DNA from: a virus
Lineage: Duplodnaviria; Caudoviricetes
Virus record (IMG/VR): IMGVR_UViG_3300038429_000032
Location: 1-36,682 of that record
Length of the DNA: 36,682 nucleotides
Reading direction: 5' to 3' (one strand)
The notes under the pieces: model-generated
What the model was told of the DNA's origin: nothing
The model's input: the letters and a program-made list of their open reading frames with translations, nothing else
The model's database searches: none
Translations under genes and position numbers: made by a program
Shown: piece by piece, positions 34,540 to 36,682 of the stretch
How the letters are laid out: each line of letters begins with the position of its first letter
Position numbering within the stretch: position 1 is the first letter of the stretch

Positions 34540-34837
34540 GTCTGGCAACCCCGCTGGCCGCAAGGTTGGGACAAAAAACCGCTTCACCACGCTCAAGGCC
34601 GCATTCCTCGACGCCTTCACAACGATGGGCGGCACGGAAGCGCTCGTGGCTTGGGCGAATAAGTCCGACCACAACCGCGCCATCTTCTACCAGATGGTAA
34701 CGAAACTCTTCCCAACAGAGATTGTCGGCGGTGACGAGAGCGCCGCACCGATCCGCGTCATCTATCAGTTGGTCGAGCCGCCCGAAGGTGGCAACGGCGA
34801 CGGCGGAAATGGCAACGAAGGCAAACGAGGCGACTGA
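34520..34837 (+). CDS. Terminase small subunit candidate
   Basis: FKKGESGNPAGR N-term; just upstream of TerL. Confidence 0.7.
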   Translation: MAFKKGESGNPAGRKVGTKNRFTTLKAAFLDAFTTMGGTEALVAWANKSDHNRAIFYQMVTKLFPTEIVGGDESAAPIRVIYQLVEPPEGGNGDGGNGNEGKRGD

Positions 34838-35028
34838 TGGGCAAGAGCGCGTCTGGCGGAAACAAGAAGTCAAGCAAGGCGGACCAGCCGAAGCGTCGGC
34901 GATATGTCGCCTCCAAGCGCGGCTGGAAACGGCGCTATGCCTGCCTGCAACGCCATATTGCCCAGCACCCGAATGACGCGGTCGCTCCGACCGCATTGCC
35001 GCGTGTGCGTCAACTGCTAGGGCTGTAA
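34837..35028 (+). CDS. Small basic protein
   Basis: TGATG overlap; Arg/Lys-rich. Confidence 0.45.
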   Translation: MGKSASGGNKKSSKADQPKRRRYVASKRGWKRRYACLQRHIAQHPNDAVAPTALPRVRQLLGL

Positions 35029-35033
35029 CCAGA

Positions 35034-36296
35034 ATGAGCACCAGCGTAGCCGAAATGAGCGTAGGCCCGAGAGCCGGCGACCTCATCAAGAAAGTCACGA
35101 CCGTCTATAAGCGGAACGCGGCTTGCCGCGCACCGTATGTCGTGAACGTCGGCGGCTCGCGTTCTTCGAAATCGCATAGCATCATCCAACTGTTCATCCT
35201 GCGCTTCATGGAGGAAGGCCCGGACCGCCGGTTCCTGACGACGCGCAAGACGTTTCCCGCTCTGCGCTCGTCGGTGCTGGAACTCAAGGTGTTGCCGCTG
35301 TTGCGTGAATACGGATTGCTCGACCATCTCATCTACGAGAAATCAACCCACACAATCCTGAACCCGTCGAACGGCAACGTCTGGCGCTTCATTTCCGTCG
35401 ATATGCCGGAGCGCATCCGGTCGGAGGAGTGGAACTACGTCCACATCGAAGAAGCGAACGAGTTCACGTGGGACGACTTCATTGAACTCCGCATCAGAAT
35501 GAACCGACCGCACGGGCCGGGCGAGGTGAATCAGATATTCCTGTCTCTCAACCCGTCGGACGAGCATGGATGGATTAACGAGCGGTTGCGCCTGGCGGAC
35601 AACGTCACCTGGATTCGCTCCACCTACAAAGACAACCCGTTCTTAGACGCCGCGTATATCCACGAACTGAACGCTCTGGAGAAGATGGATGTCCGACTGT
35701 ACAAAATCTTCGCGCTCGGCGAATACTGCGGGCGCGTCGAGAGCATCTATGGCCCGCTCGAAGTCGTGGATGGCGGGTGCCCGTTCACGCCGGACGAGAC
35801 AATCTACGGCAACGACTTCGGCTTCAACAACGAGACCGCCGTCGTGCAGGTGGATTACAAGACCGACTTCGGCGCGGACCACCGTCCGACTGTCTATCTG
35901 ACGGAGCGGTTGTACGCGAAGCAGATGACCAATGGCGATCTCATCCGCTGGATGGAGACGCAGAACATCGGCCAGAATCCGGAGATATACTGCGACGCCG
36001 CCGAACCGGCCCGCATCGTTGAGATACACCGCGCCGGGTTCAACGCCCACCCCGCCGAGAAGGACGTGGTCGATGGCATCGACTTCGTCAAGCGATTCCG
36101 TCGCATGACCGGCCCGCAGAGCGTCAATCTCATCCGCGAGTTCGAGCATTACAGTTGGAAAACCGACAAAGACGAGCGGGTGCTGGACGAGCCGGTCAAG
36201 TTCGACGATCACACGTGTGACGCGGCACGCTACGCTATCTATACGCACTTGCGGCGGCGGCTCAATGCGCCGGAATTCAGCGTCGTGTTCGCATAA
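35034..36296 (+). CDS. terL: Terminase large subunit (PBSX-like)
   Basis: Walker A GGSRSSKS, Walker B VHIEEA, LNP, DFGF, DHTCDAARY. Confidence 0.93.
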   Translation: MSTSVAEMSVGPRAGDLIKKVTTVYKRNAACRAPYVVNVGGSRSSKSHSIIQLFILRFMEEGPDRRFLTTRKTFPALRSSVLELKVLPLLREYGLLDHLIYEKSTHTILNPSNGNVWRFISVDMPERIRSEEWNYVHIEEANEFTWDDFIELRIRMNRPHGPGEVNQIFLSLNPSDEHGWINERLRLADNVTWIRSTYKDNPFLDAAYIHELNALEKMDVRLYKIFALGEYCGRVESIYGPLEVVDGGCPFTPDETIYGNDFGFNNETAVVQVDYKTDFGADHRPTVYLTERLYAKQMTNGDLIRWMETQNIGQNPEIYCDAAEPARIVEIHRAGFNAHPAEKDVVDGIDFVKRFRRMTGPQSVNLIREFEHYSWKTDKDERVLDEPVKFDDHTCDAARYAIYTHLRRRLNAPEFSVVFA

Positions 36297-36308
36297 GGGG
36301 ATATCACC

Positions 36309-36682
36309 ATGAACGCGAATGATAAACCGACCGTCAGTCGGTTAGAATGGCTCGCCTACCGAGCCGGGCGGATTAAGCAGATGTACTCCGTCGGCATCTC
36401 CACCGCCATCCGCGGCGGTGGCGCCCGCCCCGATTACACTGACAATAGCGCGTGGAACGTGGGGCGCTATTGGGGCACGGACCTGATGAACATGAAGTCC
36501 AAGACGAAAGAGGACTTCATTCAGAATGAGTTCACGTCGTGGGTTTACACCTGCGTCAATCTGAACGGCAACACCTGCGCCGCCGTGCCGTGGCACCTCT
36601 ACACGACGAAAGAGACGACAGGCCAGAAGTTCACGACCTGCCGCACGAAATCCATCAACCGCCCGCGCCGTAAATGGCTGGA
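36309..36682 (+). CDS. Portal protein, 3' truncated
   Basis: Open to window end; SWVYTCVN...AAVPWHLY portal-like motif; directly after TerL. Confidence 0.7.
   Translation, partial: MNANDKPTVSRLEWLAYRAGRIKQMYSVGISTAIRGGGARPDYTDNSAWNVGRYWGTDLMNMKSKTKEDFIQNEFTSWVYTCVNLNGNTCAAVPWHLYTTKETTGQKFTTCRTKSINRPRRKWL

Overview
This window covers most of a tailed (siphovirus-like) phage or prophage genome. It runs from the tail assembly chaperone (-1 frameshift) through tape measure, tail-tip and tailspike genes, then a leftward operon, then early/replication genes, a long accessory block, lysis/membrane genes, terminase and the start of a portal. Early genes include a GIY-YIG endonuclease, a RecT-like annealing protein, a DNA methyltransferase, a replisome organizer and RusA. 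The standout is the leftward operon at about 8063-10645. A sigma70-type promoter precedes a pseudoknot-like leader and four tandem Y RNA-like genes, two of which carry a circularly permuted tRNA-like (YrlA-type) domain. These are followed by a Ro60/Rsr TROVE-vWA gene and two coupled small ORFs. The same genome encodes an Rnl2-type RNA ligase next to a metallophosphoesterase, and a minimal SPOUT RNA methyltransferase, which together suggest (inference) an RNA protection/repair toolkit. Other oddities: a 201-bp GCC/NAC coding repeat, a duplicated Lar-like cassette with conserved junction sequences, a switch-like RNA leader, a phage-encoded outer-membrane beta-barrel and a papain-like peptidase. 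I recognised no integrase or repressor. All calls come from reading motifs by eye; no database searches were run.
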